From: Myxococcota bacterium
GTDB lineage: Bacteria; Myxococcota; XYA12-FULL-58-9; JALHOP01
Length of the DNA stretch: 64,000 nt
Assembly: GCA_041288095.1 (NCBI GenBank)
Contig: JBGGMJ010000188.1
Coordinates: forward strand, 73,288-137,287
Direction: 5' to 3'
Part shown: one piece after another, positions 47,334 to 55,705 of the stretch
How the letters are laid out: every line of letters begins with the position of its first letter
Position numbering within the stretch: the stretch's first letter is position 1
Position numbers and translations under genes: made by a program
The notes under the pieces: model-generated
The model's database searches: none
Seen by the model: the letters and a program-made list of their open reading frames with translations, nothing else
What the model was told of the DNA's origin: nothing

Positions 47334-49739
47334 GTGAAAGCCCACCCGCTCATCGTGTTGATCGTCCTGACGGCCTGCGGTGGAGGCGGCAAGGACGGTC
47401 CCAAGAACAACATCACCATCACCGCTTTGGCGGACAGTATGACGCTGCGCCAGGGCTCCCAGGCCTATCTCGGGCTCACGGTCGAGCGGCCCGCCGACTT
47501 GGGCGACATCACCATCGTGCTCTCCGAGCCGGAAGGCATCTACGCTAACGATATCGTGCTCGTTGCCGGCGAGACCAAGGTCGTGCTCGAGCTCGCGACG
47601 AGCGTCGCGTCGGACCTCGGCGCGTCGAGCTTGCTCATCTCCGCCACCGCGGACGGTGGTGACGGCAGCACGCGCGTGCCCGCCGACATAGCTGCGCCGT
47701 CGCCGTCGAGCGTCGACCTCATCAACCAGGCGCTCGAAGGCAGCGCCATCGACTATCCCACGTCCGTGCTCTACCGCGCCTACGCGCTCGTCGATGATCC
47801 GCGCTTGCCGGAGGCGTATCGCGGCGTCGCCGGCGAAGAGGATCTGGGTTTCTTCGTCGATGCCGCGGACCCTAGCCTGCCCGCCGAGACGCGCACGGCG
47901 CTCGCGCCTTTCCTCGTACGGCCCGCGGATCCGGCGAGCATCTGGCAAACGCTGGCGCCGACGAACCCGGGTGGCCTTACCGCCGCGGTCGTTCCCTGCA
48001 ACGTTACGGACCCGGGCCAGGACGTGCAGGGCGGCTTCAAGACCGCGCGCGTCCAGGCGCCGATTCGTGTCTGGGTGCAGTGCACCGGAAACGATGCGGA
48101 AGACGACATCGTGCTCGCTTCCGGGCTCTCGTACGCGAGCGCCATGTACGGGCCCATGAGCACGCACATGGGACCGCCGGTGTTCGACGATGTCGCGGAG
48201 AACCAACCCGGCAATCTCGATAGCGCAATCGACGTCTTCGTCGTCCACGATGGCGGCGCGTCCCTGCGCAGCGGGGTTACCCAGATCGGCAACGGTATCG
48301 CGGTGGCGACCGCGCCGTTCGCGGGCGACACCTCGAGCGGCTACATCCTCATCGGTCGCTCACGCGCCGAGAGCGCTGGTTTTCGCTCGACGATGATTCA
48401 CGAGTTCTTCCACGTGCTGCAGAAAGCGCACAATCGCAAGGTGATGTGGGAGCCGTCGGCGCTGGGCCCGAGCACCGAGTTCTGGTGGGTCGAAGCATCG
48501 GCCACCTGGGCGTCGTCGCACTTCGCGCGGAGCCTCGCGCCGGCGAACGTCTATTACCGCTTCGCGGACTTTCAACAGTCGCCGTCGTCGCTGCACCGAT
48601 CGTACGCGGCCGGTAACCCGAAGATGTACGCGGCATTCATCTGGGGCTTCTGGGAGGAGCACGAGAGCGGCTCGCCGGAGACCATCGCGACCTCGTGGGT
48701 CGATCTGGAAGGCGTGAGTGGCTTCACGGCGGCGAACGAAGCGCTCGACGGCGTCTTCGATTTCGAAGCCAGGTTCCACGAGTTCGCGATAGCGAACATC
48801 AACGAGGACTACCCGCGGGCGCTCGGTCTCGACAAGCGCCACCGCGGACTCGATTCACGCTTTCCGGAGCCGCGCCCGCGTCCGAGCTACGCCGACGACC
48901 AGACCGTCAACGAGACGCGCGAATTCAGGCCCGGAGTCGACATCCCACCCTTGAAGGCCGCCTATTATCGGTACACGCCGCGCGGCGACGTGAGGAAAGT
49001 CGTCGTCCACTTCGACGAGATCACCACCCGCGAAGGGCTCGACATCGACGGCGTCATCAAGTCCGACGGTAACTGGGGTGTCGAAAGCTATAGCGGACTC
49101 GCCAAGAAGACCTTCTGCCTCGATCGCGACAAGGTCGAAGACATCATCCTCGTGCTCTCGAACCACGATCTGCCGATCACGCAGTTCGTGCTCGGCAACT
49201 TGCGCGTCGAGGTCACCGAGGCCCCGTGCAAGGCAACCTGGTCGGGCACCTTGCGCTACGAGATCTCGAGCGACGCTCCAGCCGGCAATCAGCACTCGAT
49301 CGTCACCGCCAACGTCGTGCTCGAGCAGGACGAAACTCGGGAAAGCAGCCCCTTCCTGCACTTCCTGCCGACCGGCACCTTCACGCTCACCAAGAGCGGC
49401 ACCGTCGGCGGTTGCGTGCTGCAGGTGGGTGACTACCACGGCACGTTGTCGCCGGTGCCGGAGCAAGGCGAGCTGACGCTCGACCCCGCGACCGATCCCG
49501 TTCGCTACCAAGCGACCTTGCAAACGCCGATGTTCGCGCTGCATCAGCATGCGGATTGCGAGCCGCCGCAGGAGGACTACGACGTGGACACGCCGCAGAT
49601 CTACTCGCTCATGCTCGTGCCGTTCGCGGACGGCAAGACGGCGTCGGAAGACGGCATCCACATCGACGGGACGAAGATGCTCGGGAGCGACTTCCATAGC
49701 GAAGTCTTCGAGTGGCACCTGACCCGCGACGTCCCCTAG
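47334..49739 (+). CDS. Lipoprotein, putative zinc metalloprotease (HEXXH), paralog 1
   Basis: LTAC; IHEFFHVLQ..WWVEASATWAS (HEXXH plus downstream Glu). Confidence 0.75.
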   Translation: MKAHPLIVLIVLTACGGGGKDGPKNNITITALADSMTLRQGSQAYLGLTVERPADLGDITIVLSEPEGIYANDIVLVAGETKVVLELATSVASDLGASSLLISATADGGDGSTRVPADIAAPSPSSVDLINQALEGSAIDYPTSVLYRAYALVDDPRLPEAYRGVAGEEDLGFFVDAADPSLPAETRTALAPFLVRPADPASIWQTLAPTNPGGLTAAVVPCNVTDPGQDVQGGFKTARVQAPIRVWVQCTGNDAEDDIVLASGLSYASAMYGPMSTHMGPPVFDDVAENQPGNLDSAIDVFVVHDGGASLRSGVTQIGNGIAVATAPFAGDTSSGYILIGRSRAESAGFRSTMIHEFFHVLQKAHNRKVMWEPSALGPSTEFWWVEASATWASSHFARSLAPANVYYRFADFQQSPSSLHRSYAAGNPKMYAAFIWGFWEEHESGSPETIATSWVDLEGVSGFTAANEALDGVFDFEARFHEFAIANINEDYPRALGLDKRHRGLDSRFPEPRPRPSYADDQTVNETREFRPGVDIPPLKAAYYRYTPRGDVRKVVVHFDEITTREGLDIDGVIKSDGNWGVESYSGLAKKTFCLDRDKVEDIILVLSNHDLPITQFVLGNLRVEVTEAPCKATWSGTLRYEISSDAPAGNQHSIVTANVVLEQDETRESSPFLHFLPTGTFTLTKSGTVGGCVLQVGDYHGTLSPVPEQGELTLDPATDPVRYQATLQTPMFALHQHADCEPPQEDYDVDTPQIYSLMLVPFADGKTASEDGIHIDGTKMLGSDFHSEVFEWHLTRDVP

Positions 49740-50551
49740 CGGCGGCGCTTGCTCGACGTAGGCGCGGGCGCGGCTTTCGGGGCTTGCGGTTTGTGCGCGC
49801 GGAAATGCTCCCACAAGAGGATCGAGGTCGCCTGCGCGAGGTTCAGGCTCTCGGTGCTGCCGGCGCCGGGAATGGTGAGGTGGAGCGCCGCCCGTTTCAC
49901 GAGCTGCTCGGAGACGCCCGCGTTTTCGCCGCCCATGCAGAAGAGAACGCGCGGCGGCAGCGTGACCTCGCCAAGGAGCGCCTTGCCGTGCGAGCTGGTG
50001 GTGACCACCGCGATGTCGTGATCCGTGATGGCGGACAGGTCGCGGCCGAGATCGCGCAGCGGTACGTGCTCGACCGCTTCGGTGGCGCCTTGCGCGACGC
50101 GCACGGCTGCCTGCGAAAAACCCGGTGATTCGCCGGCCGTGAGCAGGTGATGCGCGCCGAAGTAAGCGCACGCGCGCGCCACGGCGCCGATGTTGTTGGG
50201 ATTCTTGACCCCGTCGAGGAGCACCATGGCGATGGGACCGCGATGGCGGACGAGACGGCTCGCGAGGTTCGCCGCCATCAACGGTTGCTTCTTGCGCGCC
50301 ACCAGGCAAACGCCGTCGTGGCGCATGGTCTCGGTGAATGCCGCCAGCTCCTCGATGGTGACTTCATACCAAGGCACGTCGTTACGCTCGCACCACTCGA
50401 GGATATCGGCGGCCTCGTCCCGCACGCGGTCGATGACGTAGACACGCGTGATGTCGCGCGGACGGCTCGCGAACAAGGCTTTCGCGGACTCGAGGCCGGC
50501 GACCTTGATCTCGTGTTTGAGCGAGGGCGGAATTTCGCGGAAACGAGGCAC
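49736..50551 (-). CDS. TrmH/SpoU RNA methyltransferase
   Basis: LDGVKNPNNIGAVAR, MGGENAGV, IPG..ESLNLA. Confidence 0.92.
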   Translation of the reverse strand: MPRFREIPPSLKHEIKVAGLESAKALFASRPRDITRVYVIDRVRDEAADILEWCERNDVPWYEVTIEELAAFTETMRHDGVCLVARKKQPLMAANLASRLVRHRGPIAMVLLDGVKNPNNIGAVARACAYFGAHHLLTAGESPGFSQAAVRVAQGATEAVEHVPLRDLGRDLSAITDHDIAVVTTSSHGKALLGEVTLPPRVLFCMGGENAGVSEQLVKRAALHLTIPGAGSTESLNLAQATSILLWEHFRAHKPQAPKAAPAPTSSKRRR

Positions 50552-50612
50552 TGCACAACCGCGTAACTCGCCTCGCAAGCACTAAGCAAGTCGCGGATAC
50601 TCCGAGCGACGC

Positions 50613-51398
50613 ATGTTGCCGCTCGCGCTCCTGGTGCTCATGACCGCGACGCCCGCGTCGGTGCGGTGCGACGACGCACGTCGCGTCGTTCCCAGTGACG
50701 TCAAGAAGGGCACGGCGGAGCTGCGCCGGGAGCTTACGAAGCGTCGCTTGCGCATCACCGACCTGCCGAGCGATGGCGTGGCCGCGCACCGGTTGCTGCT
50801 GGCACAGATTCGCACCCGCGCCTGGTGCGGTGCCGACGAACAGCTGCGCGTCGTTCGCGCCAGCGTCGAGCGCATGCCGATGCGGAAGGCGCCGGCGGGC
50901 AGCGCCAGGCCCGGAGTGACCGCCTTCGCGGCCGGCGAAGAGCTACCCGAAAAGGAGGTTGCCGCGGGTTGCCCGGGCCTCGAGAAGAGCCGGACGGTCG
51001 GCGCCGTCCTCGACGACTTGGCTACGAAGCTCGACACGACCCAAGTGCGGGCCATCGAGATCCGCCGCGGCACGAGTCTCCTCGAACAGCTCGAGCAAGC
51101 GGTGCGCCTGCACGATCACCCCAAGGCGGTGAGGACCGCCTGCGTGCTCCGCTACCGTGCCGACCAGGTCACCGACGGGCTGGACCGAGCCATGGCGCGC
51201 TTCCAGAGAGTCAACGTGCTGCGTGACACGAGGGGCGGTGTCGCCGAGGCGGAGAAGCCGCGATTCGAGTCCCTGGTGAACGAGGCGTCGCGGCAAATCG
51301 CCGCGCGCGATTACAGCGGGGCGCGGGCGACCCTGGAAACCTTGCTCGTGTTTCTCGGCGATGCCGAGCGTCCCAGCGGCAATCTTCCGCGGCCGTAG
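50613..51398 (+). CDS. Exported helical hypothetical protein
   Basis: Signal peptide MLPLALLVLMTATPA; helical, with 4 Cys. Confidence 0.6.
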   Translation: MLPLALLVLMTATPASVRCDDARRVVPSDVKKGTAELRRELTKRRLRITDLPSDGVAAHRLLLAQIRTRAWCGADEQLRVVRASVERMPMRKAPAGSARPGVTAFAAGEELPEKEVAAGCPGLEKSRTVGAVLDDLATKLDTTQVRAIEIRRGTSLLEQLEQAVRLHDHPKAVRTACVLRYRADQVTDGLDRAMARFQRVNVLRDTRGGVAEAEKPRFESLVNEASRQIAARDYSGARATLETLLVFLGDAERPSGNLPRP

Positions 51399-51437
51399 AA
51401 GATTGCCAACGGCACTCCGTCTGATAGGGAGCCCGCC

Positions 51438-53867
51438 GTGAAAAGCCCATTCGCCATATCCTCGATCTTCCTCGCTCTCGTCGCTTGCGGTGGCGGTGAC
51501 GACAAAGACGGTCCCAGGAACAACATCCACCTGACCCTGGGCGCCGAAGCACTCGAGACCAGCGTCGGCACGGCGGTGTACTTGCCGGTCACCGTCGAGC
51601 GCGCGGCGGGCTTGGGCGACGTCGTCTTGCTGGTCGAGGGTCCGGAGGGCGTGGGCGCCGCGGAGGTGATACTACCCGTCGGCCAAGACAGCGTCGTGCT
51701 CGAGGTGGGCGTCGCCGAGGACACCGAGGTCGCCAGCGCGGTCGTCACCGTGACCGCTACAGCGGATGGGGGAGACGGCTCGGCGACCCTGCCCATCGAT
51801 GTGCGGCCCTACGCGCCCTCGAGCCTCGAGCTCATCGGCGCGGCGCTCGACGGCGGAGCCATCGACTACGAGACCTCGCTGCTCTATCGCGGCTACGCCA
51901 TGGTGGGTGACGAGCGGCTCCCTGTTGCCTACCGGGGCACCAGCATGGGCGAGGACCTGGCGTTCTTCCGCGAGGCGCGAAGCAGCGAGCTTTCACCCGC
52001 GACGCAGACGGCGTTGGCCCCGTTTCTGGTACGGCCGATCGATCCCGCGAGCATCTACAACACCCTCGAAGCGACGAACCCCAGCGGCCTCACCGCTCAG
52101 ACCTCCAACTGCACGGAGTCCGACCCGGGCCAGATCGTCGTCAACGGCTACAAGACCAAACGCGCCGCCGTGCCCATGCGGGTCTGGGTCAAGTGTTCGG
52201 GCGACGAAGCCGTCGACGACGTCATCCTCGACTCGGCGGTGAGTCACGCCAACGACTTCTACACCAAGATGACCACCGACTTCGGCGTGCCGGTCTTCGA
52301 CGGCGACGACGTCGGCACCACGGGGAACCTCGATGACTGCATCGACCTCTACATCGTGCCCGACGGCACCGCGAGCCTGCGCGGCACTCAAACGCACAGC
52401 GCCCGCGGCATCACCGTCGACACCAAGCCGTACGCCGGCAACACCTCGAGCGGCTACATCCTCATCGGCCGCGGCCGCGCGCTCTCGAGCGGCTTGAAGT
52501 CGACCTATGCGCACGAGTTCTTCCACGTGCTGCAGAACGCCTACAACATGACGTTCATGTTCGAGCGCGCCGGCGCTGGACGGCCGTGGATCGAGTTCTG
52601 GTGGGTCGAAGCCTCGGCGACCTGGGCTTCGACGCAATACGTTCCGTCGCTCGCCTTCGACGTCTACAACGAGCGCTTCCCCGGCTTTCAGCGCTCCAGG
52701 AAGTCGATGCACCAGTCGTACTCGACGAGCAGCGCCGATTCGCACTTGATGTACGCCTCGTTCATCTGGGGCCACTTCATGCAGCACCAGACGGGCGGCG
52801 TCGGCGTCATCAAACAATCGTGGGATGCGCTCAAGCCGATCAGCGGCCACGAGGCCGCGACCAACGCGCTCGACGGCGTCTTCAAGTACAAGGACAACTT
52901 TCCCGACTTCGCGGTCGCGAACGTGAACGAAAATCTGCCCGACGCGCTGCCGCTCGCGAAGCGCCACAAGGGTCTGCGCCAGGACCGCTTCCCCGAGCCG
53001 CGGCCCAAGCCCAACTACAGCGCCGACGAGAGGCTCGACGCCGTGGTCAACAAGCTCGTCACCGTCGAGGTCGCTCCCCTGCGCGCCCAGTACTTCCGCT
53101 ACGCGATCGCCGACAACATCAAGAAGGTGGTCATCCACTTCGACACGATCACGCAGGACGACGGGCTCGAGATCCGGACACTCGAGGACATGAAAGACGC
53201 GCCGTGGAAGCTCGAGAACCACACCGGCAAAGACAAGCAGACCTACTGCATCGATCGGCCCGGCGAAGAGCTCGAGGAGCTCATCGTGGTGCTCTCGAAC
53301 GTGACCGTGCTGCCGTTCGAGAAGTTCGTGCTCGGCGCCATGCGTATCGAGACCTTCGAGCTGCCTTGCGCGGCGCGCTGGACTGGTACGCTATCGCGTA
53401 CGACCACGACCACAGTGCCGGGGCTCACCAGCACCGAGATCCGCACCGCCACCGTCTCCCTCGAGCAAGACACCGAGTCGCTGCTCACGCTCTTCCGGCC
53501 GACGGGGAGCTTCACCTACAGCCGCGAGGGGACGCTCGTCGACTGCGAGCTTCGTGTCGACACGTACAATGGCACCTTCAACAAGGACCCCTTTCAAGGC
53601 GTCCTCATCCTCCACCCGGACACCGACCCCATTCAGTTCGAGTCGACCGTGGTCACGGGGCCATTCCAGGTCGTGCAGCACGTGATTTGCCCGAACCCCG
53701 ACAGCAGCTTCGACACCACGCTGCCGCTCGACGAGGACATTTTCGTCATCTTCCGCCAGGATGGTTACACGGTCTCTGAAGACGGCAAGACGCTGTCCGG
53801 CACCAAGGTCGAGACCTTCCCGAACGGCAGCGATACCCATACGTGGGAGCTGACTCGCGAGGATTGA
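51438..53867 (+). CDS. Lipoprotein, putative zinc metalloprotease (HEXXH), paralog 2
   Basis: LVAC; AHEFFHVLQ..WWVEASATWAS; colinear with paralog 1. Confidence 0.75.
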   Translation: MKSPFAISSIFLALVACGGGDDKDGPRNNIHLTLGAEALETSVGTAVYLPVTVERAAGLGDVVLLVEGPEGVGAAEVILPVGQDSVVLEVGVAEDTEVASAVVTVTATADGGDGSATLPIDVRPYAPSSLELIGAALDGGAIDYETSLLYRGYAMVGDERLPVAYRGTSMGEDLAFFREARSSELSPATQTALAPFLVRPIDPASIYNTLEATNPSGLTAQTSNCTESDPGQIVVNGYKTKRAAVPMRVWVKCSGDEAVDDVILDSAVSHANDFYTKMTTDFGVPVFDGDDVGTTGNLDDCIDLYIVPDGTASLRGTQTHSARGITVDTKPYAGNTSSGYILIGRGRALSSGLKSTYAHEFFHVLQNAYNMTFMFERAGAGRPWIEFWWVEASATWASTQYVPSLAFDVYNERFPGFQRSRKSMHQSYSTSSADSHLMYASFIWGHFMQHQTGGVGVIKQSWDALKPISGHEAATNALDGVFKYKDNFPDFAVANVNENLPDALPLAKRHKGLRQDRFPEPRPKPNYSADERLDAVVNKLVTVEVAPLRAQYFRYAIADNIKKVVIHFDTITQDDGLEIRTLEDMKDAPWKLENHTGKDKQTYCIDRPGEELEELIVVLSNVTVLPFEKFVLGAMRIETFELPCAARWTGTLSRTTTTTVPGLTSTEIRTATVSLEQDTESLLTLFRPTGSFTYSREGTLVDCELRVDTYNGTFNKDPFQGVLILHPDTDPIQFESTVVTGPFQVVQHVICPNPDSSFDTTLPLDEDIFVIFRQDGYTVSEDGKTLSGTKVETFPNGSDTHTWELTRED

Positions 53868-53899
53868 GCGCGGGGCGAGGCAACGAAAAGCGCCAACCC

Positions 53900-53907
53900 G
53901 CCGATAA
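53900..53907 (+). promoter_or_regulatory. sigma28 (FliA/WhiG)-like -10 box GCCGATAA
   Basis: Exact consensus 21 nt before ATG 53929; no canonical TAAA -35. Confidence 0.5.
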
Positions 53908-53928
53908 AGTCTCAGGAAGGATCCTGGG

Positions 53929-54639
53929 ATGCGTGTACCTGCGAAGGTTGCTGGTGCCTGTCACCCGCTCGATGCGCCGCCGCCGAGGCAGGATTCCAGC
54001 GATCTGACCACGCTCTTCGCGCAGGCGAGCGCCGTCAAAGACGAGCTGCGGGCCATATCGGCGGTCATTGCCGCGGCTGGCGGGGGCAGGGTCGTCGACG
54101 AATGCGCCCTCAAGGAGAAGGAGAGTGCAGAGCGAAAGGTTGCCCGCAAGTACGGTGGCGAGACCAACCGTATCTGCGACCTCGTGCGCAATCGCATCGT
54201 CTTCCAGACCGAGGCTGCCTTGTATGCCGGTGCCGCGGCCGCCATCGAGCGTTACCCGGGCCTTTTCGTGCAGATTCACAATCGTCTCGTCGAGCCCAAG
54301 CCGAACGGCTACGTCGACTTCAGCATGTCGCCGCGCTTGTCGAACCGACACATTGGCGAGCAGCAGCTCCATCTCGAACAGATGCTCGAGGCCGCCGATG
54401 TCGAGCACGAGCTCTACAAAGACGCGCGCCTGTTACAGGCGGGCGTGCTCGGCAATCAACCGGGATTGGTCGCGATGTACGAAGCGCGGTCGGCGGCTAT
54501 CTACAAGGTCGCGGCCGTGGCGGTGCGCGAGAAGCGGCCGCTCAACGAAGACGACCACTTGCGCATGCGCGCTTTCGTCAACGCCGCGTACCCGAACGCG
54601 GAGCCCGGTGTTTTGCTGCATGCGCGGATGATGCGCTGA
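53929..54639 (+). CDS. Stand-alone RelA/SpoT-like nucleotidyltransferase (small alarmone synthetase-like)
   Basis: LKEKESAERK, DLVRNR, NRL..PNGYVD, EQQLH, EHELYK. Confidence 0.75.
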   Translation: MRVPAKVAGACHPLDAPPPRQDSSDLTTLFAQASAVKDELRAISAVIAAAGGGRVVDECALKEKESAERKVARKYGGETNRICDLVRNRIVFQTEAALYAGAAAAIERYPGLFVQIHNRLVEPKPNGYVDFSMSPRLSNRHIGEQQLHLEQMLEAADVEHELYKDARLLQAGVLGNQPGLVAMYEARSAAIYKVAAVAVREKRPLNEDDHLRMRAFVNAAYPNAEPGVLLHARMMR

Positions 54640-54702
54640 CCTGAACGAGTGCCACCGCGGCACGCCTCCTCCGGGCCGCGCAGGCACGCCAAATGGGCCG
54701 GG

Positions 54703-54710
54703 GTCGATAA
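54703..54710 (+). promoter_or_regulatory. sigma28-like -10 box GTCGATAA
   Basis: 7/8 match, 12 nt before ATG 54723. Confidence 0.45.
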
Positions 54711-54722
54711 TCCCGGCGCCGC

Positions 54723-55526
54723 ATGAGTCTAATCCGCGCCCCAGAGCCCAATCGCCGGGCACCCGCGCCGCGCCCGGGTTCTCCGGGGCCGGTACCGCGC
54801 GATGGGTCCGCTTTAGGCGACCGGATGGCGCCCAACCGTCCGCGACCGCTGTCGCCCCTCGCCAATCAACGGCTCGAGCTCGCTCCTCCACGCCGCTCGG
54901 CCGAGCCGGGGGTGTCGCCGTCGCCATTCAACCAGGCGCAAGCCCGCGCGCTGCTTTCGCGCCGGCCTCTCCAGCCAAACCACCTCTATGTGGTCTCCTT
55001 GGACGTCAACAACAGCGGCGTCGATACGGTCAACCGGCTCAAAGGCACGACCTACGTGTTCACGACCGATGCGAGCGGCACCCCGCGCTTTCACGACTCC
55101 TTTCGCTCCTCGACGCAGCCGACGCACTTCGACCCGCGCAAATCGCAGTGGGGCGAGAGCAATTCCGGTTACCGCTTTCCCTATGTCCGCGATGGCGTAT
55201 ACCCCATGGGCACCGCCATCTACGGCAACACCGCCGGCTTCGTCGTCGGCCGGACCCCCGACGAGCCCCTGCCCGCGTATCGCGATTACGACATGAACGG
55301 CCGCATCGGTGACGCCGAGCGCGCCCAGCCGACCACCGCCGACCTGATTCGGGTCCACCGCTCGGAGCTCGGCAGCTCTGGTTGTCACCTGATCGCCACG
55401 GGAGAATGGTCCCGCTTCCGCGAGCTCGTCATCAGGCTCGCTCGGGAAGGCAGAAGCGCTTCCTACGTGTTCGAACGCTACGATACGGGGCGATTGCCCG
55501 CGGCGCGTACGCGACGCGTGAACTGA
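54723..55526 (+). CDS. Hypothetical protein: disordered Pro/Arg leader + L,D-transpeptidase-like His/Cys domain
   Basis: STQP, AYRDYDMNGRI, IRVHRSELGSSGCHLI; no signal peptide. Confidence 0.6.
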   Translation: MSLIRAPEPNRRAPAPRPGSPGPVPRDGSALGDRMAPNRPRPLSPLANQRLELAPPRRSAEPGVSPSPFNQAQARALLSRRPLQPNHLYVVSLDVNNSGVDTVNRLKGTTYVFTTDASGTPRFHDSFRSSTQPTHFDPRKSQWGESNSGYRFPYVRDGVYPMGTAIYGNTAGFVVGRTPDEPLPAYRDYDMNGRIGDAERAQPTTADLIRVHRSELGSSGCHLIATGEWSRFRELVIRLAREGRSASYVFERYDTGRLPAARTRRVN

Positions 55527-55705
55527 CGTACGTTCGACGGTCACTTCGGCTTGCCGAGGATCGATCGCTGGTGCACTAATTCACACCAGTGCGGGCTCCG
55601 TTTCGCAAGCCGCTTCCCGCGGCTCCCGGTCGGACCGGGCCACGGTCAGGGGTGCTCGCCTCTGGTCGGCGGCGAACCCGTATCTTGGAGCAAGCGCAGT
55701 CGCGC

